From: a virus
IMG/VR virus record: IMGVR_UViG_3300029305_003605
Direction: 5' to 3' (one strand)
Length of the DNA: 57,739 nt
The translations under genes and the position numbers were made by a program. Each line of letters opens with the position of its first letter. The stretch's first letter is position 1. The notes under the pieces are model-generated. The model was not told the origin of the DNA. It ran no database searches and saw only the letters and a list, made by a program, of their open reading frames with translations. Below, in pieces: positions 37,595-45,751 of the stretch.

Positions 37595-37892
37595 AATACA
37601 TAGTTTTTCAGATTTTGCCGTAGAGGAGCAAGCATTAGAGGGTGATAAAGTTAAAATTGAGAGCATACTCAACAAAGAGATAATTGTAACACGGTATAAA
37701 ATCCGTGATAGCAAATACTCGGATAACAATAAAATGTGCGTAGCGGTACAGTTCTATGAGCCAGACAATCCAGAGAAAAGAATATTTTTCACAGGAAGTG
37801 GGGTAATACAGGATTTATTAGTAAAGTACAATGACAATTTACCATTTAAGACGGTGATTAAAAAGATTGACAGGTATTTTACTTTTACATAA
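37584..37892 (+). CDS. hypothetical protein overlapping the RT stop (candidate DGR accessory)
   Basis: 102-aa ORF whose ATG lies 11 nt inside the RT 3' end. It does not look like the helical, basic Avd. Confidence 0.55.
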   Translation: MDNEIHSFSDFAVEEQALEGDKVKIESILNKEIIVTRYKIRDSKYSDNNKMCVAVQFYEPDNPEKRIFFTGSGVIQDLLVKYNDNLPFKTVIKKIDRYFTFT

Positions 37893-37943
37893 GAGGTACA
37901 AAAAAGTAATAGTAGCAGTAAAGAAAAAAGGGAGAACAGAAAA

Positions 37944-38240
37944 ATGCGTGGATTTCCGAAATTATTAAACACAAAACAGGATTATTTGAATTGTATTACA
38001 GATTATCCGCAAGAAACAAAAGTACAATTACAGGGGTTATTAGATAACCGCTACAAATGGGAAGACAAAGGGGAGATACAGGCAGGGGATATTCCTGTTG
38101 ATGATGATACCCATAGAATTGTAACCGATGAAGACGGCAAACAATGCCAATTAGAGTTGGTTGAAGATGAGAATGCAAAAATCTTCCGTATCGGATTTAC
38201 AGTTGAAGAAGTTGAAGAACTTATTGCAGGTATAGCATAG
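37944..38240 (+). CDS. hypothetical protein
   Basis: 98-aa ORF with GGGAGAA upstream. Confidence 0.6.
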   Translation: MRGFPKLLNTKQDYLNCITDYPQETKVQLQGLLDNRYKWEDKGEIQAGDIPVDDDTHRIVTDEDGKQCQLELVEDENAKIFRIGFTVEEVEELIAGIA

Positions 38241-38252
38241 GAGATAAAGAAA

Positions 38253-38783
38253 ATGGCAAAGAATACGGTAAAAATTTACTACAACAAAGAGGGTGAATAT
38301 TTGTACTCTGGCAATCAAAAGGAAGGCGATAGAGAGGCAACACAGGCAGAGATTGCATATTGGACTGCTAACGGCAGTACTATTGAGGGTGATAGAGCGA
38401 AAAAGAATGCAGAAAACACACAGGCATACAATAATGCACTCCAATCACCTTTGGTATGCGGTCAATATCTGGTAATCGCAGAGTGGATAAACACCTACAC
38501 AAACACCTACACATACGCAAAAAAATGTACCGATGAAGGAATTGTTCCGACAGCGGACATTGTTGCATTTAACCATTTAGGGAAGTTAGAAACGGTAACA
38601 ATATCATCAATAGAAGACTTTTTACCATTCTATCAAACAGTTGCAGATGAGTGGGCAAGAATTACCGATATTAGAAACAAATATTTGGTACAAATACAGA
38701 ACACAGACGCACCGAAAGATGTTGTAATTTCATACGCAAAAGGTGCAGAAGACGCAGACGCAGACGCAGAGGCAGAAGAATAA
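38253..38783 (+). CDS. hypothetical protein (possible fibre assembly/chaperone)
   Basis: 176-aa ORF with TAGGAGA upstream. The role is guessed from position only. Confidence 0.5.
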   Translation: MAKNTVKIYYNKEGEYLYSGNQKEGDREATQAEIAYWTANGSTIEGDRAKKNAENTQAYNNALQSPLVCGQYLVIAEWINTYTNTYTYAKKCTDEGIVPTADIVAFNHLGKLETVTISSIEDFLPFYQTVADEWARITDIRNKYLVQIQNTDAPKDVVISYAKGAEDADADAEAEE

Positions 38784-38794
38784 TAAGAAAACAG

Positions 38795-39112
38795 GTGCAA
38801 AGAACTATGAGCAGAATATTTTACAAGGGAGATACGGTAAAGAACGCAGTTAAGGTAACATTTGACAATTTTGAGATGTTAGATACCCTTAACATCGGGT
38901 ATGCCATATTTCAAGTAGGATTGGTGCGTAAAACTGTTCAAAGAGAGGATATAACAAATCCGATGTTCTTATCATTCACCAGAGAAGAAACCAAAAAAAT
39001 GGCAAGTGAAACAAAGGGATTTGTTGCCTTTTACAATAATTCCGATGAGAAGTTTACTGCAAAAGGCTCATTCACCCTTAATATGCACAACGAGGTAGTA
39101 AAAGATGAGTAA
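38795..39112 (+). CDS. hypothetical protein
   Basis: GTG start, with an alternative ATG at 38807. 105 aa. Confidence 0.5.
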   Translation: MQRTMSRIFYKGDTVKNAVKVTFDNFEMLDTLNIGYAIFQVGLVRKTVQREDITNPMFLSFTREETKKMASETKGFVAFYNNSDEKFTAKGSFTLNMHNEVVKDE

Positions 39113-39515
39113 TGAGCAGAGAGATGATGTAGAATTTCTTTTACACTTTGAGATACCAGACGATGAGCCTGTTGTTGAAACTACAATGGACATACAAGAG
39201 GCAGAGGAGCAAGTAGTCGCTAATATTTCGTTAGATGTTTCACCTTCAAAGGTTAGTGAGTTAGAAAATGATGTCGGATTTATAACCAGAGAAGACACTA
39301 CCAATACTCGCATATATCCTCTGGGAGAAACTACGGATAGAGATGAAGACGGTAAATATGTCTGGACTATTCAACACAACTTGGGTAAATTCCCGAATAC
39401 ATTTGTGGTGGATAGTGCAGGCAGTAAAGTATTACCAGACTTTGATTATCCAGATGAGAATACGGTGATTATTAAGTCAAATTATTCTTTCACAGGAAAA
39501 GCATACATAAACTAA
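39105..39515 (+). CDS. putative tail fibre-associated protein
   Basis: VSELENDVGFIT motif and a C-terminal beta-rich WTIQHNLGKFP...VVDSAG domain, both common in fibre proteins. Confidence 0.45.
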   Translation: MSNEQRDDVEFLLHFEIPDDEPVVETTMDIQEAEEQVVANISLDVSPSKVSELENDVGFITREDTTNTRIYPLGETTDRDEDGKYVWTIQHNLGKFPNTFVVDSAGSKVLPDFDYPDENTVIIKSNYSFTGKAYIN

Positions 39516-39577
39516 AACCAAACCAAACCAGAAAACAGTATTAGAAGACGATGATTTAAAATAGGAGAAAATTAAAA

Positions 39578-41170
39578 ATGGCAAAACGAATTAGCGATTT
39601 GGATATGAACGACTTGCAAGTCCTCAATGTCCGTTTACAGAATTTGGCAACATCACCTACGGCAAAGATAGGTAAAATTTACTTTAACACGGCAGAAAAC
39701 GCATCCAAAGGATTTTTGAATGACGGCACAGAGGTAAACCTCGGAAACAATTACACATTCAGCACAGGATTAAGTGAGGATGCTGAAACTCACACAGTAA
39801 CTCTTAAAATTGCAAGTGCAAGTCAGTTGGGCGGTGTTATCATCGGCTCAAATATTTCTGTATCTGCAACAGGAGAGATAAGTGTAGCAAATGCAAGTAC
39901 ATCTGGAAAAGGTGTTATTGAAATTGCAACAGACGCAGAAGTGGCAACAGGAACAGATACAAGCAGAGCAGTTACACCGAAACAATTAGCAGGGAAGGTT
40001 AGCAAACTTGCAACTGCTCCAACGGCAGGTACATATACAAAGGTCGTAATCACAGAAGACGGTCTGGTATCTTCTGGGGGTTCTTTGTCAGCAGGAGATA
40101 TTCCGAGTATAACATTGAGCAAGATTAGCGATGTAACTGCAACGGCAACTGAATTAAACATCTTGGACGGAGCAACCGTTACAACGGAAGAATTAAACAT
40201 ATTAGACGGAGTTACAGTATCCGCAAGTGATATAAACTCTGTAACAAGTAAAATTAGTTTATCTGCATTGAGCATTGATAGCGGTTCAGCAAATTATTTA
40301 GCATATGATAGTGCAACAGGAAAATTCTCTGCAAAAGTGGATACTGCACCTGCAAACAATTCAACAAAGTTAATCACATCAGGCGGAGTATATTCTGCAT
40401 TAGCAGATAAGGTTACAAAAAATACCGCAATCTCGGCAGGCACAAAATGCAAAATTACATACGATACAAAAGGATTGGTAACAAACGGAGAAGATTTATC
40501 TGCAAGCGATATACCAGACCTTTCAGCAACATATTTATCTGCAACTTTGAAGGGTGCAAACAACGGTGTTGCAGAATTGGATAGCACAGGTAAAGTACCG
40601 AGTGCTCAATTACCGTCATTTGTAGATGATGTTATTGACGCATACATCGTATCAGGTGCAACGGCATTATCAGCAGGGTGGTTAAGTGCTACAAGCGGTG
40701 GCTCGGCATTAACTCCAGAAACAGGGAAGATATATGTGGTACTTTCTTCTGGCGAATACCTTAATAAAACATATCGTTGGAGCGGTACTACCTATGTTGA
40801 AATCTCTGGAAGTCCTGCACAGGCAAGTGAGAGTGTAGCAGGTATTGCAGAACTCGCAACACAAACAGAAGTAAACACAGGTACAGACGACCAAAGAATT
40901 GTTACACCGAAAAAACTTGCTACTTATGTTAGCGGTATGGCAAAGAAAATTACTGCTACAAACCCTGCATTAACTGCAACAAACGGTATATGCACTTGGA
41001 GCATTACAAACAGTTTAGGCACGGCAGATGTAATCGTACAATTAAGAGAAACATCATCTGGAGAAGTTGTGTACGCAGATTACACATTAACTTCTGGCAC
41101 GGTAACAGTAACAATCAATTCAACATCTAATATTACCGCAGGCACATACACGGCAGTAATCATTGGGTAA
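39578..41170 (+). CDS. tail fibre protein (second fibre)
   Basis: Two copies of the fibre motif G(V/I)xExAT..Ev.tGTD..RaVTPk.LA, and tandem ELNILDG(A/V)TV repeats. Confidence 0.7.
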   Translation: MAKRISDLDMNDLQVLNVRLQNLATSPTAKIGKIYFNTAENASKGFLNDGTEVNLGNNYTFSTGLSEDAETHTVTLKIASASQLGGVIIGSNISVSATGEISVANASTSGKGVIEIATDAEVATGTDTSRAVTPKQLAGKVSKLATAPTAGTYTKVVITEDGLVSSGGSLSAGDIPSITLSKISDVTATATELNILDGATVTTEELNILDGVTVSASDINSVTSKISLSALSIDSGSANYLAYDSATGKFSAKVDTAPANNSTKLITSGGVYSALADKVTKNTAISAGTKCKITYDTKGLVTNGEDLSASDIPDLSATYLSATLKGANNGVAELDSTGKVPSAQLPSFVDDVIDAYIVSGATALSAGWLSATSGGSALTPETGKIYVVLSSGEYLNKTYRWSGTTYVEISGSPAQASESVAGIAELATQTEVNTGTDDQRIVTPKKLATYVSGMAKKITATNPALTATNGICTWSITNSLGTADVIVQLRETSSGEVVYADYTLTSGTVTVTINSTSNITAGTYTAVIIG

Positions 41171-41200
41171 TGAGTAAGTGAGCAAATTAGGTAAAAGAAA

Positions 41201-41734
41201 ATGGGGAAATATCTAAATTTATCAACGGATACCACATTGGGTGGAAATAATCCAAGCGACATAAAAGCACCTTCCCAGAAGGCAATCAAGACTTATATTG
41301 ACAATCAATCTGGGGGTGGTGGAAGTTCTTGGACATATACCTCACATACTTTGATATATAGCGATACAACCTATGGGAATAAAAGCATTGATTTATCAGG
41401 GGTACTGCCAAGTTCGGGCAGTACCTTTGAATTGCTTTTATCGTTATACACGGATACAGGCGATGTGTCAAATGTATTCCCTTTGATGTTCCCTGTAAAT
41501 TTACGGACAATAGATCCGAGTTTGACAGGCAGAACATTTAGCATATATACGAGCAGTGGGAGAACGGTTAAAAAATATCAATATACCGATAATTCGGTAA
41601 ATTATATACAATCTAACGGTGGAATTATACTACCGGTGGAAAGTACAACAATGTACGCAAAAATGGAAGGTACAAATGACCTCAATTTCAAAGAGTTCAA
41701 ATTGTATCTTGACGGATATAAGGTACTATCATAA
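41201..41734 (+). CDS. putative tail fibre/receptor-binding protein (third)
   Basis: N-terminal LSTDTTLGGNNPSDIKAPSQKAIKTYID motif, typical of fibre N-termini. Confidence 0.45.
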   Translation: MGKYLNLSTDTTLGGNNPSDIKAPSQKAIKTYIDNQSGGGGSSWTYTSHTLIYSDTTYGNKSIDLSGVLPSSGSTFELLLSLYTDTGDVSNVFPLMFPVNLRTIDPSLTGRTFSIYTSSGRTVKKYQYTDNSVNYIQSNGGIILPVESTTMYAKMEGTNDLNFKEFKLYLDGYKVLS

Positions 41735-42102
41735 TGCAACGAGCAAAGGGGGTAACAGATATGGCAAGTTGGTGGAGAAACATTGCAACATTTAAGGGCA
41801 AGTTTACAGAGGCATTTACAAAAGACAAAATTGAGGAGTTTGTAGATGAGATTAAAAAACTCATTGAGAAGTATGAGGAGTACAAATCACTATCTGGCAA
41901 AGAGAAGAAACAGAGAGTTGATGAGTTTATTGTAGAATGGCTTATTGAAAATTGGCAGAGCGACAATGATTATGTTCAATGGATAATTGACCGTATTATT
42001 GATTTAGTGCCTGTTTTCACACAGGTAGTGTACAATTTACTGATTACAAAATTTGTGAAGTTGAAAGACCGAGCAAAAACAGAAAAGGCAGAGGATAAGT
42101 AG
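41734..42102 (+). CDS. hypothetical helical protein
   Basis: 122-aa ORF with a TAATG overlap with the upstream gene. Confidence 0.55.
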   Translation: MQRAKGVTDMASWWRNIATFKGKFTEAFTKDKIEEFVDEIKKLIEKYEEYKSLSGKEKKQRVDEFIVEWLIENWQSDNDYVQWIIDRIIDLVPVFTQVVYNLLITKFVKLKDRAKTEKAEDK

Positions 42103-42103
42103 T

Positions 42104-42346
42104 ATGTTCACGCAGATGATAGCAGAGATTGCGAAAGTTTTTTCAGAGTTCTTCTCTTATGAGCAGACCTCTGTTGAACACCAGAGCGAAACACATACCA
42201 TAAAGACGGCAAAAAACACAAAGAAGGCAATAGACTATGCGGAGAAAATAATATTTCTTTGCGATGAGGAGATTAGAAAATACTCCGATGAAAAGACGCA
42301 GAAGAAATACCAGAAACTCCGCAAATGCTTTTTCAAGTATAACTAA
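42104..42346 (+). CDS. hypothetical protein
   Basis: 80-aa ORF starting 1 nt after the upstream stop. Confidence 0.55.
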   Translation: MFTQMIAEIAKVFSEFFSYEQTSVEHQSETHTIKTAKNTKKAIDYAEKIIFLCDEEIRKYSDEKTQKKYQKLRKCFFKYN

Positions 42347-42373
42347 CCATTGGAATATTTTTGAGGAATATTT

Positions 42374-42928
42374 ATGGGCAGATTTTTAACAGGTATGCAG
42401 GAGATACAACAGTACGAACACGATATGTATTTCACAAAGCATAACCAGATATATGAAGATGATAGGGGAGTGTTGCATTACACTCCTCGTTACCTATGCA
42501 CAGACGGATATACAATCCACGATGTTCTTGCTCCGATTGCAGGGGGGAAGTTTGCAGAGGATATTCGGTGCAGTAGTGGGCACGATTTATGGTGTCGATA
42601 CAAACAGGACATACATATATTGATTAGCGAGGCGGAAATGCGTCAAAAAGGCATTTTAATTGAAAAGGTAAAGAATTATCCCAAAGGAATAAAAAAGACG
42701 CTCCTCGTCTGCGAGAACATTCCCAAAATGTACTTAAATATTCAGCCGATAAATTTCTTTGAGTGCAATAGATTATTTAACGAAATGTTAAGAAGTTGCG
42801 AAATCAGCAGTAAATATAAGCAAATAGTTATCGGAGCAGGGGTATATCTTAACATCGGGTGGTGGTTAGGAGATAAATCTCATAACGGAAAATTAACACT
42901 TGACAAAATACATTACGATTTTATATAA
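42374..42928 (+). CDS. hypothetical protein (DUF1353-like?)
   Basis: CTDGYTIHDVLAPI...SSGHDLWCRY resembles the DUF1353 TDG...HD pattern. Confidence 0.4.
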   Translation: MGRFLTGMQEIQQYEHDMYFTKHNQIYEDDRGVLHYTPRYLCTDGYTIHDVLAPIAGGKFAEDIRCSSGHDLWCRYKQDIHILISEAEMRQKGILIEKVKNYPKGIKKTLLVCENIPKMYLNIQPINFFECNRLFNEMLRSCEISSKYKQIVIGAGVYLNIGWWLGDKSHNGKLTLDKIHYDFI

Positions 42929-42945
42929 TCCGAAGTGTCATAAAG

Positions 42946-42967
42946 AAAACTCCGTAAGAGTTTTTTC
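42946..42967 (+). terminator. Rho-independent terminator
   Basis: AAAACTC-CGTAA-GAGTTTT followed by a T-run. Confidence 0.6.
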
Positions 42968-43011
42968 ATCATCAAAACCAAGCAGAAATGCAGAATTAGA
43001 GAGTAAAATCG

Positions 43012-43053
43012 AAGACTTGTGGTAGAGAAAAGAGTACCAGAAGTCTTTTTTTT
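43012..43053 (+). terminator. Second tandem terminator
   Basis: AAGACTTGTGGTA/TACCAGAAGTCTT stem (one mismatch) followed by T8. Confidence 0.6.
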
Positions 43054-43061
43054 GAAAAGTA

Positions 43062-43070
43062 TGTTACAAT
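43062..43070 (+). promoter_or_regulatory. Extended -10 promoter of lysis cassette (TGtTACAAT)
   Basis: TG at 43062-43063 followed by TACAAT at 43065-43070, directly after the two terminators. Confidence 0.4.
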
Positions 43071-43260
43071 GGGGATATACTTTAAGTTGAGCAAATGGGC
43101 AAAGGGGAATACGATAGAATTATGATTGTACCAAAGATTACAACAGTTGCAAGTCCGCAAAACATCACATTCCGCAAATTTGAACATAATGAGGAGTTGT
43201 TCAAAAAGTTACCACCATACAGGACAAAGACGGCAGACAAACCCACAGGAGAAGAACAGA

Positions 43261-43512
43261 ATGGACGCAAACACACTTCAAGCATTCGCACCGTATATTG
43301 TAATAGTTGTGATGTTTTTGGTACAAAATAGGATTTTCGTAACACCAGAGCAATTAGAGAAGAAACATAGAGAGATTTTGGAAGACATAAAAAAGGATTA
43401 TGTTACCAAGACAGAAGTTACTGCACTTAATGATAGTGTAAATGATATTAAGGACAAAACGGATAAAATATACGATATAATCATCACAGAATATGCAACC
43501 AAACACCAGTAA
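43261..43512 (+). CDS. putative holin (single N-terminal TM helix + coiled coil)
   Basis: Internal ATG with AGGAGA 8 nt upstream. The FAPYIVIVVMFLV hydrophobic helix is followed by a charged tail. Lies immediately upstream of the endolysin. Confidence 0.45.
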   Translation: MDANTLQAFAPYIVIVVMFLVQNRIFVTPEQLEKKHREILEDIKKDYVTKTEVTALNDSVNDIKDKTDKIYDIIITEYATKHQ

Positions 43513-43527
43513 GCAGGAGCAGAATAG

Positions 43528-43989
43528 ATGAGCATTTATAAGTGCAAACACTTCAAGATACAGGAATTAGTAAGTCCGCAAGTTTACCAGAGGTATGGAG
43601 AATTTGCGTGGAGATTTTTTTCTAACGACTTGAAAATGGATTTTGACACAATCCGTGAGTATCACGGATATGGAATAACCATAAATGATTGGGTATTTGG
43701 CGGAAAACAATTTACTCAATGCGGATTGAGGAGCAATTTAGATCCATTGGTTAAAAGTAAAACCACATTATATTGTTCAGCACATTGTATGGGGAAGGCG
43801 GTAGATATGCACTCCTCGTACAGTAATTTCAAATTATACACGGATATTGAGGCACTCAAAAAGGCAGGCAAGTTAAGAGCGGTAAACAGAATTGAGAGCA
43901 GGAAAAGTACAAAAGACGGTTGGGTGCATATTGACGAGTTCGGCTCATCAAACGGCAATCCAAACGAATTAGAGGTATTTACAGGGTAG
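43528..43989 (+). CDS. endolysin, peptidase M15 family
   Basis: FKIQELVSP..., SAHCMGKAVDM and GWVHID give the zinc ligand pattern H-x6-D...H of M15 peptidases. Confidence 0.65.
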   Translation: MSIYKCKHFKIQELVSPQVYQRYGEFAWRFFSNDLKMDFDTIREYHGYGITINDWVFGGKQFTQCGLRSNLDPLVKSKTTLYCSAHCMGKAVDMHSSYSNFKLYTDIEALKKAGKLRAVNRIESRKSTKDGWVHIDEFGSSNGNPNELEVFTG

Positions 43990-44067
43990 TAGGCAGGCAT
44001 AGGCAAAACTTCTTTCTTCATAATAATACTCCTTATTAAAACGGACACTATGGACAGACAAAAGAAA

Positions 44068-44110
44068 AGCAGAGAATTGAGTTGAAAAACAAAATTCCCT
44101 GCTTTTTCTT
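44068..44110 (+). terminator. Rho-independent terminator (end of late operon)
   Basis: AGCAGAGAAT...ATTCCCTGCT stem followed by TTTTTCTTT. Confidence 0.65.
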
Positions 44111-44115
44111 TACTG

Positions 44116-44147
44116 TATCACTCAATTGTATCATTCATTGAGTGATA
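44116..44147. repeat. Perfect 11-bp inverted repeat (TATCACTCAAT-N10-ATTGAGTGATA)
   Basis: Read directly from the sequence. Operator- or cruciform-like. Confidence 0.85.
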
Positions 44148-44167
44148 TAGTTAATAATTCTTTATTT

Positions 44168-44221
44168 TTATTCTTATCTTTATTCTTATTCTAATTCTAA
44201 TCCTTATCCATATCCTTATTC
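44168..44221. repeat. Nine in-phase tandem hexamers, consensus TTATYC
   Basis: TTATTC TTATCT TTATTC TTATTC TAATTC TAATCC TTATCC ATATCC TTATTC. Includes TTATCCATA (8/9 match to DnaA box TTATCCACA). Confidence 0.85.
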
Positions 44222-44224
44222 TGA

Positions 44225-44252
44225 ACAGTTGCGTAAGGGTTAGGCAACCCTT
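44225..44252 (+). repeat. 28-bp conserved motif, copy 2 (ACAGTTGCGTAAGGGTTAGGCAACCCTT)
   Basis: Matches 7804..7831 and 49250..49277. Contains the hairpin AAGGGTT-AGGC-AACCCTT. Confidence 0.8.
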
Positions 44253-44355
44253 CCGAAGTGTTCTTTTCTATCGGATTTTGTAAAAAATCTTAAAAAACTT
44301 TTACAAATTATTAAATTTTTGCTAAACTATTTTTGAACAGTTAGAGGGTGCGTTA

Positions 44356-44733
44356 GTGTATGATAAAATTTACAAAGAAATATTCCTAAAAGAGTACATA
44401 AAGCACAAAAGAAAAGTGTTTCAGTATGAGGGAGAGGACAAAAACAGAAGTATTTGGGAGATTTATGTCTTTGAACAAAGATATTTTATTACGGTCTATT
44501 TTGATGATATTGATGATTATTTATCCCCAGAGGAGAAGGCAGAAAATAGGGTAGAGTTTGAGAGAAGGAATGAGGCAGAGTTAGCACACTTCCGAACAGA
44601 TTACGGAGAAGACAGTACGGAGAAAAGAATAATTGCTAACAGGTTATTTTTGGAGTTATTAAGAAGATACGCAAAAGAGGCAGATCAGTTGCAGAATATT
44701 CCGCAGTTATGGTACAATAATACACAACAGTAG
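44356..44733 (+). CDS. hypothetical protein
   Basis: 125-aa ORF with a GTG start 5 nt after GAGGGTG. Confidence 0.5.
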   Translation: MYDKIYKEIFLKEYIKHKRKVFQYEGEDKNRSIWEIYVFEQRYFITVYFDDIDDYLSPEEKAENRVEFERRNEAELAHFRTDYGEDSTEKRIIANRLFLELLRRYAKEADQLQNIPQLWYNNTQQ

Positions 44734-44960
44734 TGGCGAGGCTCTGGAAAAGGCATTTTCTATCCTAAAAGGGCATATATTTGGGGAGTACTACCCAGAT
44801 ATTTAACACTCATTTGTTAAGGCAGAAGGATTGCTATAAAGGGGAGTACCGTTCGGAACTCGTGGGAATGCACCACCTATGACCGCTTGTATATAGTGGT
44901 CGTTTTGCCGTGCGGTTATAAATCTTGTTATAAAAAAATATTAAAAAATTATTAAAAAAC
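44734..44960 (+). ncRNA. Candidate structured non-coding RNA / 3' UTR
   Basis: About 225 nt with no ORF, G+C-richer than the flanks. Several hairpins (GAGTACC-GTTC-GGAACTC, GTGG-N7-CCAC, GACCGC-N9-GTGGTC) and a duplicated GGGGAGTAC. Confidence 0.3.
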
Positions 44961-44962
44961 TA

Positions 44963-44991
44963 TTGACAAATTATTTTTTTAGAGGCATAAT
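44963..44991 (+). promoter_or_regulatory. Early promoter P2 (TTGACA-17-CATAAT)
   Basis: Same cassette as at 3021 and 52673, with upstream A/T tracts. Confidence 0.7.
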
Positions 44992-45048
44992 TGGTTGAAA
45001 TCATTTTTTGATTTTTGGCAAACCAATAGAAAAGATAGGAGCAAACTT

Positions 45049-45228
45049 ATGGAAAAACAAAGAGTACAACTAACACTTGTAAAAACCATTTACACAGAAA
45101 ATGGCAATGAAAAAGAAATTTGGACAACAAAAATGTTTAACGAAAATTACATTGAAAAAATTTGGAATTATGCCAAAAAATATTGGGTAAAAGAGGCAGA
45201 AGAAGTAATTACAGGAGAACAGGCATAA
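45049..45228 (+). CDS. hypothetical protein (first gene after P2)
   Basis: Start moved to ATG 45049, which sits in the conserved AAACTTATGG context after GATAGGAG. The upstream TTG extension is rejected. Confidence 0.6.
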   Translation: MEKQRVQLTLVKTIYTENGNEKEIWTTKMFNENYIEKIWNYAKKYWVKEAEEVITGEQA

Positions 45229-45458
45229 TGGCAAATATGAGTTATTGCAGATTTCACAACACAGTTATTGATTTAGAAGATTGTATCAATACTTTGGAAG
45301 GATATAACGAGGGAGAACTCAAAGACCTTTCAGAAGATGAAAAAAGAGCAATTAACAAATTGCTTGGCAGGCAATTAGAGAGATTAAATGAGGTAAAAGA
45401 CCTTATTGATGAAGATTATGCAGGTGATGTTGATAAATGGTTAGAGGAGCAGGACTAA
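45228..45458 (+). CDS. small acidic protein
   Basis: TAATG-coupled start. MANMSYCRFHNT... 76 aa, strongly acidic C-terminal half. Confidence 0.55.
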   Translation: MANMSYCRFHNTVIDLEDCINTLEGYNEGELKDLSEDEKRAINKLLGRQLERLNEVKDLIDEDYAGDVDKWLEEQD

Positions 45459-45730
45459 TGAGCAGAGTAGGACAATGGCAATACAAAGTACGGAATTTTT
45501 TAGGCAGAATAATTTGGCGGTTGAGTTGGAGAAACCGAAATCGTATTGAAAAGTTTATGAAATGGCTACGAGATAAAGGGCATATCGTATTTGACGGCAT
45601 TACTCCGTGTCTTGTGAGGAGCAGGCACGAATGGAGAGAGATAGATGATGATAGATATTATGATATGATAGATATGGGAGTGGTGAATTTACTCACCAGA
45701 GAAAAATATACCATAACCGAGTACGAGTAA
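45458..45730 (+). CDS. hypothetical protein
   Basis: TAATG-coupled start. 90 aa with a basic N-terminus. Confidence 0.5.
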   Translation: MSRVGQWQYKVRNFLGRIIWRLSWRNRNRIEKFMKWLRDKGHIVFDGITPCLVRSRHEWREIDDDRYYDMIDMGVVNLLTREKYTITEYE

Positions 45731-45751
45731 AAAGGTAGAAGGGGAATAACG

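Noticed and set aside
43095-43331. 78-aa ORF (and the long form 43126..43512) upstream of and overlapping the holin
   Set aside because: It has no SD. It overlaps the better-supported holin start at 43261, which does have AGGAGA. It is probably the untranslated leader of the lysis transcript.
44168-44221. Hexamer array considered as a CRISPR array or simple microsatellite
   Set aside because: The units are 6 bp with no spacers, so it is not a CRISPR array. The reverse-complement partner at 49301..49330 and the adjacent conserved motif argue for protein-binding iterons rather than slippage noise.
44840-44900. Possible tRNA in the GC-rich intergenic segment (GTTCGGAACTC resembles a T-arm)
   Set aside because: No acceptor stem, D-arm or anticodon arm can be drawn, and the T-loop consensus GTTCRANYC is not met.
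44995-45048. TTG-initiated N-terminal extensions of the first genes after P2 and P3 (also 52701..52760)
   Set aside because: The extensions would begin inside or next to the -10 element and so could not be on the transcript. The conserved SD plus AAACTTATGG context points to the internal ATGs.
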